From: Azolla caroliniana
Lineage: Eukaryota > Plantae > Polypodiophyta
NCBI GenBank assembly: GCA_043228905.1
Contig: JBHGNT010000013.1
Coordinates: 20,212,001-20,276,000, forward strand
Direction of reading: 5' to 3'
Length of the DNA stretch: 64,000 nt
The position numbers were made by a program, and so were the translations under genes. Numbering within the stretch: the stretch's first letter is position 1; each line of letters opens with the position of its first letter. Shown in pieces: positions 1-13,993 of this stretch. The notes beneath the pieces are model-generated. The model was not told the DNA's origin. It did no database searches and saw only the letters and a program-made list of their open reading frames with translations.

Positions 1-177
1 CAAAAGTTAGGGTTTGTATGTATATGCATACAATTCGGGAAAAATTTATATAATGCAAAATTTAGAGTTTATATACCTACATATACTATGATTCAAAATG
101 TAGTGTTTATATAGACGTGTGCATATATACATGGCTCTTATAAGTCCTTTCTTTTATCTCAATTTGTTCTGGAGAAG

Positions 178-3100
178 TTTCGAGACGGTATCAGGCAACA
201 GCATGGTTGCAATGGATGATTGGGCCATTCGATCTGCAGCCCAATCCATCGGAGGAGGATCTACGACTTTTCTTAAGAGATGGAACTGTGCTTTGCAAGA
301 TCCTAAGAAAATTAGATCCTGAGCTGATGACTCAGGTATCTTTAGAAAATTAGCCATCTTTATTCAATATAGCGGTGCTTTATTGATTTATAGTGTCAAT
401 GAATGCCAAAGAGTGAAAAGCATAGAGTATTTGCTGGGTTCCCCTCCCCAAACCTATTTGTCTAGATAAGATTATGTTTTAGCAAATTGAGAAATTGCGT
501 ATCAACCCTAAATGATAAAGGAATCACAAAGAAAAGCAATCACAAAGAAAAGCAATCAAATTGATCTTTGGGTCTGCCTCACACAGCATAATTGCCAAGG
601 AACAAAAGTCTCTTTAGCAAAAGGAGCTGTAAAAATATATTATGTATATATCGCAAATCTAAAATATCCACATATCCATGGAGATACCCATGTGCATCTA
701 TACAAATACATGCGTATGTGATTTGAACAAATGTATTTACTTCATATCGTGTCTATGTTGGCAGTTTAGGTCAGGCCATGTACTGGACCCTAATTCCTCC
801 TTGCAACCTGAAGACTGTCTGAGCACGTTTTTGAAAGCAGTAGAACTATTGAATATTCCGGCTTTTGAAAATCTGGATCTGGCACAAGTAGGATTCATAA
901 TAACTTCTGATAATTCTTTCATCTGGCATCAATATAAACCCATGGAAAACAGTGATATTTTATTTTGTTTATTTGTTTAAGCAGCCTAACTATCAGCCCC
1001 ATTCTTTGGATAGAGTGGTAGATTGTATTCTTTCTCTGAAATCATATCATGATTCAACAGAAGAAAGTAAAGATCTATCAGGATCCAGGAAGTTTGATGG
1101 GTCACCAATTGCCTATAACACAAGTAATCCAAACCATAAAGGAAACATTAGTAGTCCGAACCATAACGAAACATTGGCATCCCCGTCACGCATGAAATTA
1201 CATTCACATCTAACAAGAAGCCCTAGCCAGCAAAGGAAACGATGGATTGCATCAGAATATGATAGTGTGAGTTCGGTTGATATATCTCTAGAAATGCAGA
1301 ATGCTGGAAATTCACAGCCAAATAATGCTGTACACAAATCACCCGGAAGAGACTCCAGCTTGGATGACGAGAATTTTATCCCTAATCATCCCCATCCCAA
1401 TGCAGGTAATACCAAATCTCTATTATTAGAAGATTGTACCCTTTTCACCTGGATGTGTACACGCGTAAATATTTACACCCCTCGAAAGCGGGTTGAAAGC
1501 TGTGGTTGCTAATGATTGTGAGATTTAGCAGACCATGCACGTTTGACATACTGTACAGCTGCGTGATGTTATATACTGAATTATTTTTGGATTTCTTTGA
1601 AAGATTTAATCTTCTGTCAATAGTAAATCCGAGTTTCAAGTTTGATGAGAATCTTGCACGAAGCTTGACATGAAACTTGGATTTACTATTAATAGAAGAC
1701 AAAAGAGGCAATGGATGAAGTTGATCCAAGTCTGTTTTCTGTCTCAACTTCTTAGACGTTTAAATTGGAATATCTCCTCGGATGTTGGAATTTCGTTTTG
1801 TTGAATTTTTTTTAACATGCATCTACTTCAATACAGTATTTATCTTCATGTTTTCAACTTGACTCAACTTTTATTAAAATAAAAAAGACCTTATGTTGCA
1901 TCTAATCAGAAAGTCTCTACATGGCACCTCATTATAAGAACCATGGTTATTAGTGTGCTGGTTTGTTTTTTGAGTCCAGGCTGTTGACAATGTATATGCA
2001 TTTTAACTTCAGGAATCCACCCATACTTGACGGTAGATATTTTTGTCACTTCATAATAAAATCCCAGGGTTATTCGTGTGATATTTTTCAGATCTGAACT
2101 AGATGCGATGTTGGGCGTTGATGTATCTCATTTGACTTCCTATACAGAAGATGCATTAACACTCTAATGTTAATTGTGAATATTCCCCGTTTCCTTCTCA
2201 CAGAGTCAGTTCTCTCATGCCACACAACAAGATGCAGGGTTACTGTTGTTTCTTCAAGCTACTTATAAACATTAGTGACTTTAATTCTTATTATTATGTT
2301 GCCACACTTGTTTTCAAATCGCAAGCTCTTGAGATACTATCAAGTTTTAAAAACATTGTAAACTGAATGCTTCCTTTTGTAAGAAGATGAAAACTATCAT
2401 GCAGGACACCACTGATGAGCATGTTCATCCCAGTTGACATGGACTGGCCATATGTTGTGTTTGTTCTATGGAAAACTCATTGACTGTTGGACTACTTAGA
2501 TTCTGTTCCTATCTGATCTTGCAAGTTTGATTACAGGCACAGTTCATATACACCATATTAGTCAAAAGGTACGGGAAATGCTAAGATTGAGAACAAGAGG
2601 ATCAGTGCAGGAACAACCAGCTGGTGTTTTAAACAGTCTCAATGTAAGCAATAAATTTGTGGTTACTTATTATAAGCATTGGTAAACTTTTTTTATTTCT
2701 GTAACATTAGTATTTAAACCAAGATTGACAACTCCAGATCTAGTTTATTTTGTCTTTTCCTTCTAATAAATTACCATTGCAACCTACTAAACATGAGTAT
2801 TTTCTAATCCTTCCAGAATTCATCACAGTCTGTATCAGGTCTAGTCAACGCTATCCTTGGGGATAAACAACCAGATGAGATCCCAGCAGTAAGTAAATCC
2901 TGGGGATATATATTTGACTCCGTGTTTAGTATATTTTATAGATGTATAAATGATGTGTAGAATCCTGTCCATGCTCCTACTGGCTACTTCTGATGCTTCT
3001 TCTCATTTTCTCAGCTCGTAGAATTCATGCTTAAGAAGCTGACAGAAGATTTTGAACGACGCCTGGTTAATCAGAATGAGCAAATTGCAAATGTAAGACT

Positions 3101-6100
3101 CGAGAGACTTGAGGTTTCTGATGCATAGTATGTTCTTACACATGTAGTCCTTGAAGGGTGCATGTTTAGAATATACAATGTTCTTCTTTGCTTTTATGCC
3201 TCTAAATACATCATTATCTTGGATATACTTTCATGATGCAGCTTAAAAGCACTTTAAAAGAGCATCTTGCACGTGAAGACAAGCTTGCCTATAGAGCACG
3301 ACTATTAGAGACTTTGGCAGCAGGCACAGGAGAAGAAGTAAAGGTACTGAAACTGATTCTGCGTAATGTGATATACCTTAGGACCTAGTTTCTGGTTCAT
3401 ATTATAATTTATAATTCTACTTTTATGTTAACAGATTGTTCATAATCAGCTCCAGAAGATGAAGGCAAGTTTTCCATGTTACATTTAAGAAGGGAGTGTA
3501 TATTCTCCAATACATAATAATATTATATTTCATTCTTGTTAGAAAACCGTTATTAGATATATCTTCTCATTAAGAGTAGACATAACTAGGTTATAATGCA
3601 GTTGGTTGGAAGTAACAGAGAGAAGTGATGCATGGTTACTTATTTTTTAATCTCAAATGCAGATCATTGAAGGTTATAGAAGAGAAATTTAGCATTATAT
3701 GTCATGCCATTGTTCTTCATGATATGCATGTTAGTTGTACAATTCACGAACCTTATTTTTGTAGGGCAGAACAAGATTCCCTTTTTGGATGCATTTCTAT
3801 TCCAGGTGTTAAATATAGAATGTGCTAATCGTGGCTGCAGATGGACAAAAGAAAGGCAGAAGAGGACTTGAAAGCCACAGAGCTTTTGGTGTGTGAGCTG
3901 CAGAAGGAAAGTGAAGATTATCAACTAATGTTGGCATCCCTAGAAAGAGAGCTCCTAGACGTAAAACAAACGGATCAAGAACGAATCCAGGTTTTAGAGA
4001 CAGAAAAAGAAGAAATCAAGCATGAAATGCAGTCAGAACTCGACAAGATGAAGGCTATTCATGAAGAATCAAATAGAAGGCTAGAAGATCTACGTGTAGA
4101 ATATGAAGTCAAGATGCAGGCATTGAAGAAACGGGATGTGCAATATCAGACTTTCCTTTTCTCTCGACTGGAACTTTTCCAGGCATATTATCAACATAGT
4201 TTCTTTTGAATATCCATCTAAATAAGTTGGAAATTTTACATTAAAGTTTATTCTGTTTTAGGAATTCAAACTTGTCCTGCAAGCCACAAGAGAGGATTGT
4301 ATCAGTATGAAAGATGCATGGCAACAAGAATCAACTGCTCTTGGTAATCAGATATCTTTTTGAATGTTTTTGACTTCCACTTGTTTGTATTACCTAGTAC
4401 ATTGAATATATATAATCAATAAGATTCTGAACTCCTAATAACTTGCACATGATCTCAAAATCACATTTTACCACATTTCCTAAACAATGATTGAGATTTT
4501 CTTTTTAGGGGTTTTTCTACTGTGGGCACTTCTCCATTTGATGTGAATGAATCTTTGTATCACTATGGCTGTACATAATTTCATGGTATATGTATCTGAA
4601 GAGTTGAGTTCTGATCTTAACCACATGTGATTAGGAACATAAATGCATAAAAGACTTATAGTAAAGTAATCAGAGATCTGACATGTTTCTGTAAGTATCA
4701 CAATGGATCTACATGATTTTAGAGTACATGCATGTTAGGAGTTGACTTTTGTCCTTAACACATGATTAGGAACGTAAATGCATGAAAGGCTGGTAGTAAA
4801 ATAATGAGACATCTGACATGTGTAGGAACCAGATCTGTGTAACATCCTTCCAGACTTCAGATGTTTTATTTGTCTTTGTCCGGTTGTTATGCTAAGAGCC
4901 TTTCTAGAATATAATTCTTGAATAAATGATAGGTTTTGGGAGAATGCCAAATCAGTCTTTACAAAATTCTCCATTACGACAGAAAATGAGTATTTTTATC
5001 TTAAATAAGAAATGGCATGTATGACAATGCCTGCACAAAATACAACCTTTAAGAGTCAGCATGCCTGATGTGGTTTCTCTTGAGAAGGCGGATTTGTTGT
5101 TTATGGCTACTGCAGAGGGGCAACTTCAAGGATTAGTACAAGCTGCATCAGGATATCACACTGTACTCGCAGAGAACCGTAAATTATACAATGAAGTTCA
5201 AGATCTGAAAGGTAAAATAAAGTCTGGGCGTCTGGTTTAAAAATGTTGCAAGAATTTTGAGGTCCATATAAATTAAGTTTCCCATAGTTGATTGATATCA
5301 AATGGTTTGCAGGAAATATTCGTGTCTATTGTAGGGTGAGACCTTTCTTTCCTGGCCAAGAATCAAAGCAAAGCTCAATTGAATTTGTAGGGGAAAATGG
5401 AGACTTGCTAATTGCTAACCCCATGAAGCAAGGGAAAGAAGGCCACAGGATATTTAGTTTCAATAAGGCATTTGGTCCTTCTGTTACTCAAGGTAGGCCT
5501 CTCCTACAAGAATACACCATTTTATTGGCATGCATTAGTCTTTAAGCTTTTGGGATATGTTTATTATGCTGGTTCATAACTCTTTGAGGTTGCAGAGGAG
5601 GTATTTAAGGATACTCAACCCTTGATTAGATCGGTGTTGGATGGATACAATGTCTGCATTTTTGCATATGGTCAAACAGGATCAGGGAAAACATACACCA
5701 TGGTTAGGAGTATGATTTGCTATTGACTATCTATTTTGACATAATTCACTCGTATCATTATAATGAAGGATCACTGTTCCCCCCCCCCCCCCCCCCTTTT
5801 TTTCTTTGTTTGTTTTCTGCAGACAGGTCCAAGTAATTTGACTGAAAAAGATTGGGGTGTGAATTACCGAGCGCTAAATGATCTATTTCAAATATCCCAG
5901 AGCAGAGATGATGTCGTAAAATATGAAGTAGGAGTTCAAATGGTAGAAATATACAATGAACAAGTGCGAGATCTCCTACTTACAGAGGGTTCATTAAAAA
6001 AATATCCTTGTTAAGTCACAAATTCTTTGTAAAATGGGCTGATAAAAAAGTACTAGATATAATTATAAAGTTATAGGTGATGTGTTTCAATCATCCAAGT

Positions 6101-9100
6101 TCTCTTGACTTTTGTTACTTTGGATATTAGAAATTATTCCCAACTGAATGGTCTTAATGTACCTGATGCAAGTATGCTACCTGTTACGTGCACCTCCGAT
6201 GTGTTGGAATTGATTAAAATTGGTCAGAAAAATCGAGCAGTTGGTGCAACTGCCTTAAATGAACGCAGCAGCCGCTCACACAGGTATGCAAAGTGTTGGA
6301 TATGTTTTAAATATTTGTATTTTCTAGAGCATGATCCTTTAGTGGGCAGTACCTCACATGGTTGTGTGAAAAATTTACATATTGACATTGTGGGTGTTGT
6401 TGACCATGATTGTGTGTACATTTGGATTATGCTTTGCACGATGACACCGTGATGGATGAGGTTCTGGATCCATATGCCAATAATGTAGTTATTTACATGT
6501 CTCAATGCATTGAAGAAGGCATGTTTGTCTCTGCTTGCAGCGTCTTAACGGTACATGTACAAGGAACCGACTTGGGATCAGGTGCCATATTGCGCGGGTG
6601 TCTGCATCTAGTGGATCTTGCTGGCAGTGAGAGAGTTGACAAATCAGAGGCAACAGGAGATAGATTAAAAGAGGCCCAGCATATAAATAAGTCTTTATCT
6701 GCATTGGGAGATGTTGTTTCTGCCCTTTCACAGAAAAGCAATCATGTGCCCTATCGGAACAGCAAACTTACTCAGCTGCTCCAGCATTCGTTAGGTGTGC
6801 TTTAGCTTTATTTATTTGTTTATTTGAAAATGCTGATTTTGGTTGTTAGCATATTCTAAACACTCTGCTTTGCCATTGGCCATGCAGCTGGACAAGCCAA
6901 GACGTTGATGTTTGTGCATATAGGCCCTGATATGGAATCTTATGGGGAAACAATAAGCACACTAAAATTTGCTGAGCGAGTTGCATCTGTTGAACTTGGT
7001 GCTGCTCGTAGCAACAAGGAGAGCAAGGAAGTTCGTGATTTGAAAGAACAGGTGTTTTAAATTTTCTCTAAAATATCTACATGTCTTGGCATCACTTTTT
7101 GGTAATTGCCACGTGTGCAAAAGCAGCTGAGTGGCAAAGTATAAATGTTCCAAGGGAATTGATGAAAAATGCAGAAGTAAGGTTCAAATTACTAGTTATT
7201 CATATAAATATAGGCAAAAAGAGGGAAGAAAATGTGCGTAAACACAGGTGCAAGTAATGATCTGTTTCTCCTGCATTGTTTTGCTATCACCTCTATCCTC
7301 ATTATCATCTTCCCGCCTGGCCCTGTCTGCTGATTTCTCTTTTTCTCTTTATCCCATAAAAAAATCTCACTTGCCACTGAATAGAAAGGAAACTTCATTC
7401 TTGGGAGTGAATGTATTGATCAGCACACCATCTGCCACCTGGAAGGGCTCATGTACTCATAGGTTCTGCTTAGAGGGTTGTATGTTGGAAGCTTTTGATC
7501 ACTGGTCTGTGCTTTACCATATTGTCAGCTATGATGATCAATCTTTAGTTTAGCATCACAGAAACTGATGAATTATGGCACATGTTTAGAACTACTTTAT
7601 TAGAGATTAGGGTGGTCTAGGCATTTTTGAGTACATAGCAAAAGCAAGTTTATAACCCTTCTCGAGGTTGATAGGTTCATTTTGCTTTTTGCACATCAGA
7701 GGTGTTGTGACATAAATTTAAAAGATGCAGATTTTTCTTGGCTGATCCAAGGTCTTTCTATATTATCAAAATGCTTAGTAATATTTTTGAGGCATTGGGA
7801 GAAAGTGCATTACTGTTACTGAGATAGGGAAACCATTTAGGATTCAAGGGAATGCCAATGCTCATACTTCGGTTCGAGCTTTGTCGTTTTATTGTATTGC
7901 AGCAAGTGATTGGAGATTCTGATAGTTATAATTCCCAGTTTGTCAAAATATCTAGGATTACTTGCTAGACATTTAATTGAATTAATTGAAAGCAAATCTA
8001 ATAGATGTCATGCAAGGTGTTATGCATACTGACTGAAGTGCTGTTGCAATATGAATATGTATATTTCTAATCAAGACCCAATAATTTTAATTAATATTAT
8101 ATATCATGCATGGGTAAAAAAAATTGTGAATCTTTGCAAATGCCAATCAGTAATAATGTGTTAGATACCCTGCATATTAATGACCTTGTGCTGAACACCG
8201 TTCCACAATGTTTCTGAAATGAAAAAATGAGTATGAGTAGCTATTATCATCAAACTCATCATAATGACTATCAAATCTAGGTGACAATGCTCAAGGAAAC
8301 CATAGCTAAAAAAGAAAGAGAGATTGACTGCAACAGTGTTAAATAACTTGCATGCATATTATTGTCCTTGTACTTCTTCTCACTATTCAATGAGGTTTCT
8401 GAAACTAAGAGATGCGTGTGACTTTCTATTATCATCATGCTCATCATACTTGGTATAAAAACTAGGTGACAATGCTCAAGGAAACCATAGCTAAAAAGGA
8501 TGGAGAGATTGACCGCCTCCAAACAATGCGAACTATAAGCAACGAAATTGTGGCTGGAGTGGAAAAGGCAAAATCAAGGACATCAAGTGATCACTTCCCC
8601 AAACCTCCACCCATTGATGTCAAGCAACAAAATTTGCGCAGGCAAATGTCTGTCGTAAGAGAGCATAAAGAGGTTAGTACCTTTTATTGTACTGATACAC
8701 ATCTCTCTTTCCTTTTAGGCAGGCATACTATCTGTATGATTTAATTTTTGAATTTTTATTTGTGCCTTGTAGAAAAATATGGTCAAGAAACCAAATGGAG
8801 GAGTTAAAATGCTGGATTTGAAAAATATCTCTCCACCAGCATCTCTTAAAGAAAATAGATGTTTAGATCTTGAATCAGACAGAGATAAAATTGCAGATCT
8901 CAAGAAACAATTCCAAAGTGAGATTTCAGATTATGACTTGGCAAGTGATGATGCAGATCCACGTTTTCTCAATGAGAAGCAAAAGAAAGAATGTGCAATG
9001 GAAGCTCAAGTTCAATCAAAAGAGTGGAGAGATAGAGTGCACAGTAGTACAGATTCATCTCTCTGTGGGACAGATGATTTAACATCTGTTTCTGAGAGCA

Positions 9101-10988
9101 TTCAGGCAATGAAACCTGACATTGTTGTAGACAATACAACGCTTCAGTCAACACGTCGCCCATCACAGTCAAAACATCGTCAATCCCTGTCGTTTGATTT
9201 TGCAAAGGTTGATAGTTTGGGCCTGAAAAAGGTTTCCATGACCAGAACTACAAGTCTACAAAGTAGTCTTAATATTGACACAGATAGGCCCGTGGCAAGG
9301 GAGTTGGACACTGGTAGTGAGCAGTCAGATGGATATGTTTCACAGGCAGAAACAGATGGTTCACAAGCAAGTATGATAGAACATACGACATACATTGAAA
9401 AAGTGAAGCAACAAAGTTCTGTGGATCTAAGGTATTTCGCCTAATATTGTCTTTCCTCTAGTTAGAAATCATTTTTGTTCTGCTGATTTTCATTGTGTTC
9501 CTCATAGAAAACCACCTCAACCAGAAAGGCCGCCCTCGACAAAGGGTGAAAGGAAACCAAGTAGTTTTGGGCAGATAAACTCTCAGAGTAGGCGGCAAAC
9601 CATGTCTGTGTCAACTGTTTCGTTAGGAGGGGGTACATCTTACAAAAAGCAACATCTTCAAGGGAAGCGCGGGGCTGAATCCAGCTGTAAGTATAAAGAC
9701 GATAGCTTGTCATGTAGCTAGTTTCAAAATGGTTTTAGATTTAACATCTTCTACTCATTATGGATGATTGAGTTTTATTTTAGATATGGTTGCGTTGCTT
9801 GAAAATCCACACACCTCAACATTCTTATAATTTTAAGCCTTGCTGATTCTTTTGTCTTTCATAAGCTTTACCTCCAGTTAGATGTCTGATAATTGTTTCA
9901 ATGGGTAGGGCCAAATTTGATTATATTTTGCATCTTTCTCTTATGGATGGATGTCAAGGGTTGGTCTGACATGACTTGGTTCTTGATACTCGTTTATAAC
10001 TTTTGCACGGGGATGAATAACAATGAAGTCTTGGGGTTCTATTTGTAGGACTCTTTTAACTGCTCTCCAACTAAATTTGCACTCAGATGTTGGAGGTCCA
10101 ATCTTTTAGGCTGGACACTAAGGGATAAGTACACAATATTGATTGTTTTACTCAGTTCTGTAATGTATAAAGCTTGGGAACAAACTCTGAAGTAATATTA
10201 GCCGACTTGCAAGTAATATGAAACTCGAAACCATAATGGTTCTTGCTCATAATCCAATATTTGGGCTGAATGGTTCTTTCGATTTTGTCAAAGGACCAAT
10301 TATTGTTTCAAGTGGAATGTCCAAGTTTCTTGAAACTGAGCTATAAAGTTACCTTGTTCAAGCCGTTCTTTAGGAAGAGCAATCTGGAACGTGGCTTGAA
10401 TATTGATGTCAAGGGTAGACTACTTGATGGTAAGAATCCCCACCCATCAGAGTTTTGATGGTATGACCAGTAGGTAATTGCTGAAAACTGTTATAAACAA
10501 ACTCAAACTATGGAAGGTACTGCTTTTATTCAGATTGATGGTGGGATATGTATGCTGAGTGCTTATGGTGTATTCTCAAAGTGTGACTGTAAATGGTGTA
10601 TCTGGCAATCCTAGAATCATGGTAGTAAACTATATCCCGTTGTCATAAGGATATGGGAACAGGTGTCACGTGGAAATGTGGGTGTAAGCTAATTGGCAAT
10701 GGTACATATAGATTAGTATTACTGTCACCATGGACATTGAGTTATGTATGTCATTGAGTAACTCGACCACCTCCATGAGATCATTGTGTAGGGTTGGTAC
10801 AATAGTGTATAGCTGAGTAATCATTCTTTCATATTTTGAACTCTTTCAAATAACATTAAAAATAATGACAATGTGGGTTTCATGTTATACATATTTACAA
10901 TCCTTTTGTGTTAACAGTTGTACCTCTGGATGCTACAGCAGCAAAACTTAATGGTACTGTGTACAAAAGTTCAAAGCGGTGGGTGTAG
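178..10988 (+). CDS. KIN14: Kinesin-14 with N-terminal calponin-homology domain (KCH type); first coding exon lies upstream of the window
   Basis: Exons joined in frame: 178-335, 765-887, 985-1405, 2537-2643, 2817-2888, 3015-3092, 3242-3343, 3435-3464, 3841-4182, 4262-4343, 5116-5211, 5313-5492, 5596-5702, 5823-6001, 6119-6283, 6541-6794, 6888-7051, 8466-8672, 8773-9431, 9508-9686, 10918-10988 (about 1257 aa visible). CH motifs ([26 protein letters not shown]; [12 protein letters not shown]), neck ([24 protein letters not shown]), P-loop GQTGSGKT, switch I NERSSRSH, switch [23 protein letters not shown] and C-terminal KRWV*. Confidence 0.95.
4557..4821. repeat. Diverged tandem duplication (~135 bp x2) in a kinesin intron
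   Basis: GATTAGGAAC(A/G)TAAATGCAT...TAGTAAA...ATCTGACATGT occurs at about 4629-4686 and 4763-4821. Confidence 0.75.
6002..6118 (+). other. U12-type (minor spliceosome) AT-AC intron in the kinesin motor domain
   Basis: Donor ATATCCTT at 6002, branch-like TTCTCTTGAC at 6100-6109 and AC at 6117-6118. Splicing gives in-frame GSLK-N-LDIRN, whereas read-through hits a stop at 6012-6014. Confidence 0.9.
8155..8515 (+). repeat. Tandem duplication (~185 bp) of an intron 3' end plus exon start in the kinesin gene
   Basis: CTAG|GTGACAATGCTCAAGGAAACCATAGCTAAAAA occurs at 8277-8312 and 8462-8497, and the upstream intronic sequence is also similar. Confidence 0.9.
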
Positions 10989-11310
10989 CTTAATATTTTT
11001 TATCTCAACATTTTGGGGGAATTGTATACAGAGTCTAAACGTTTTGGTCCCCTTTGGTTGGAATTTGGATTCAATAAACAATTAGTTGAATCAAGAATTT
11101 GTATAGAAATGTGTTGTACGATGTATTTGCATCTCTTTTTTTTCTTGATGATTACCCAAGTAGTTAACACATACATAGCTACAGCATTGTTCTCCATGAA
11201 CCACAAAGCAAACAAGCAATAAAGAAAAGCTGCATAGGCAATGGGACGTGTCTTTATGTGATGAATTACATGATTGCATACTGCCCCTGAAAGAAATGAA
11301 ACACAGAAAC

Positions 11311-12510
11311 AGACCAAGAAAAGTCAGTTTTGTTTCTGGTCTGGCCAAAAAATACGAATAGTGCATGGCAGTGCTCACCCATCCACTCTGGCTAGCTGAT
11401 TTGGATAGTAGATGCTCAAGGTAATAATCATGGTTAAATGTATTGGAGTCTTGATTTACATAGATAAGAATCCTAATCTACAGCTGTGTTGATAAGAACC
11501 CTCATCTAACTTGCAGTTGCTAGGAACCCTAATCTGATCAGCTGTAAATGAAAACCTTTGTCTGAACCGCAGTATGTGAGAACCTTGTATCCATGGTGGT
11601 CTACAAACAATTGAACCCCTTCTAATGCCTGAATTTGGTGTCATTTAATCTAGTGATGTTTGTCATATCCAGAGGGAGCCTTACAATGTTGTACATCATT
11701 AGTAGCATACTAAGTTGTTGAGAAGTGGGCATTTGTAATGGAATCATGTTTGTTTTTATAGCATTGTTTGTGGCTAGGTAGCACCTTAGTTTGTGGATAA
11801 ACCAGAGTACACTTTGCAGCTTCCCTACTATTGACAATTAGAGTGGATATCCATGCTTGGTGACCTTCACAACCCATGAGTGAAATGGTTGAGATGAGGG
11901 TTGAAAAGAGAGGTTTCACATCCTACCATTTTCCTACATTGGTAGCAAACTCAAGAACTTAGTATGACATCACATTAACTTAGATAATATGTGTGAGATT
12001 GCATGCCAAAACTACAACCCTCTAAAGAGAAGGGGAAGGGAACATTTTGTTGAAGAGGCAAGGTGGTGATCCAAGAGCAACAAACTGTAAGACGTTGCCA
12101 AGACTTATAACATGTGTGAGATTGCATGCCAAAACTACAACCCTCTAAAGAGAAGGGGAAGGGAACATTTTGTTGAAGAGGCAAGGTGGTGATCCAAGAG
12201 CAACAAATTGTAAGACATTGCCAAGACTTGTGTCATTGTAATGATAGTTGAAGAGGACAACACAAAAATAGACCAATAAAAGTCAAAATTCTGTTTCTGG
12301 TTTGGCCAAAAGATACAATGAATAGTTGATTGTGCTCACTGATGCACTCCGGCTAGCTTCAATGGTTATTTGCATAGTAGATGCTCAAGGTAATAATCAT
12401 GGTTAAAAATATGGGATTCTTGATTTACATAGATAAGATCCCTAATCTATAGCTCGTAGTTGATAAGAACCTTCATCTAACTTGCAATTGCAAGGAACCC
12501 TAATATGATT
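11311..12510. repeat. Pair of ~230-bp direct repeats (11311-11538; 12270-12509) enclosing a 123-bp tandem duplication (11989-12230)
   Basis: Shared blocks GATGCTCAAGGTAATAATCATGGTTAAA, TTGATTTACATAGATAAGA and GATAAGAACC.TCATCTAACTTGCA. The internal unit GTGTGAGATTGCATGCCAAAACTACAACCC...GCCAAGACTT occurs twice, nearly identical. Confidence 0.85.
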
Positions 12511-12954
12511 TGTGGTAAACTAAAACCTAATGTAAGGTTGATCTTTTTTAGGCTCTTCACAAGCATGAGATTTGTTTTATAGCTATTGACACTTAATTTA
12601 ATACGTAAGGAAAACTTTTCAAATGCTTTCATAAATAAGCTTTTGTGCAACTCTTGGTATTTGTAAAAAAATGTTACGTCATTATAATAAAAGCATAAAA
12701 GCATAAAAGCATGATGATTACATTCATAGTGGCAACTTCTTTTAAAAACATTCCCTTACAAACTTCGCAAACATTTTTTCCAAATCATCAATGCATACAC
12801 CAAATAGAGTTGGTGAGAGCAGGTATCATTGCTTAACACCAATAGCGCTACTGTAAAAATATAAAAGTTTATCACCCATATACACACAAACCCATATACA
12901 CACAAGTTACAACATATAACCTTGTCATAGATTTGTGAAATTGCAAGCATATAT

Positions 12955-13225
12955 TCACTTCCAAAGATGCTCACGGAGTACCATATTAAAAGCTTGCTTG
13001 AAGTCTACGAAGCAACAATATAAATTTTTACCTCTCAAATGTCTTTCCTTGATTAATGCTCGAAGGGTGACCATGTGATCAATGGTGTTATGATGTTTGT
13101 GAAAGTTAGCTTGTCCATAAGCTCTCTTACCATTATTTTGAGCCCATACACTTATATTTGGTTCCATTATACATCCAAATAGTTTTGCCATTAGCTAGCC
13201 AACCATGGTGGTTTGATAGTTGTTT
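12955..13225 (-). mobile_element. Non-LTR retrotransposon reverse-transcriptase fragment (RTE/L2-like), degenerate
   Basis: ORF with GQANFHKHHNTIDHMVTLRALI...LYCCFVDFKQAFNMV, matching the RT motif QxGFR..STxD...FVDFxKAFDxV. Confidence 0.8.
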
Positions 13226-13993
13226 GATCCAATTTGTGGTCCAACTGTATTGCATGCCATGTTGCTATGCATGATTAAACATATCTTATCCATGCATGTA
13301 CTTCCTTTCCCGTCCATTTGAGCATTTTGGTCGTTATAATTGAAAGTTGCTTGCCTTTTATATATTCAATTGTAAAGAAGGGAGATATATGTGAAAGATA
13401 ACACATTATGTTTTTGGCGAGAGATAACTCATATAAATTCTTACAATTTATAAACAAGTCAAGAAGAGTCTAGTGACCATAACTCTCAACACATCTCCCC
13501 TTTAGATTTCCCCAAAATTTAGCACATGCATGAGTTTTCTCTTGTGTTTCGAGTAATTGTTAATTAACTTCCCATGCTCTTCTCTTTCCTTGAATAAGCC
13601 TTTTGTATTCATGCAAATGTGGGTGTTTATGTACTCTCCTCTTTAATCTCCCAAATGACAATGGTCTTTGATTGTCGTTCATATTCTTTCAATTCTCAAA
13701 CATCAATGCTTTCTACATTCTTCCCTTGATTCACATTTCTTACAGAGAGAGAGAGAATTTAAAAACTAATCTATCAACCAATGTAATAGGTCATCTAGGC
13801 CTAGTAAGGGAGGTTGAGGTGTCATGATGGCAACGAGCATTTGTCAAAATGTATGTAGCGGTTTTTACATACAATTAATTTAATTGTGTGGTTTACACAC
13901 ACACACAAATATTGTTATTAATCAATATTTATGGTGCTCACTAATGATGTATACGTTAAGTTGGATGAAGATAGAGTTTGGTTAGCAAATGAG

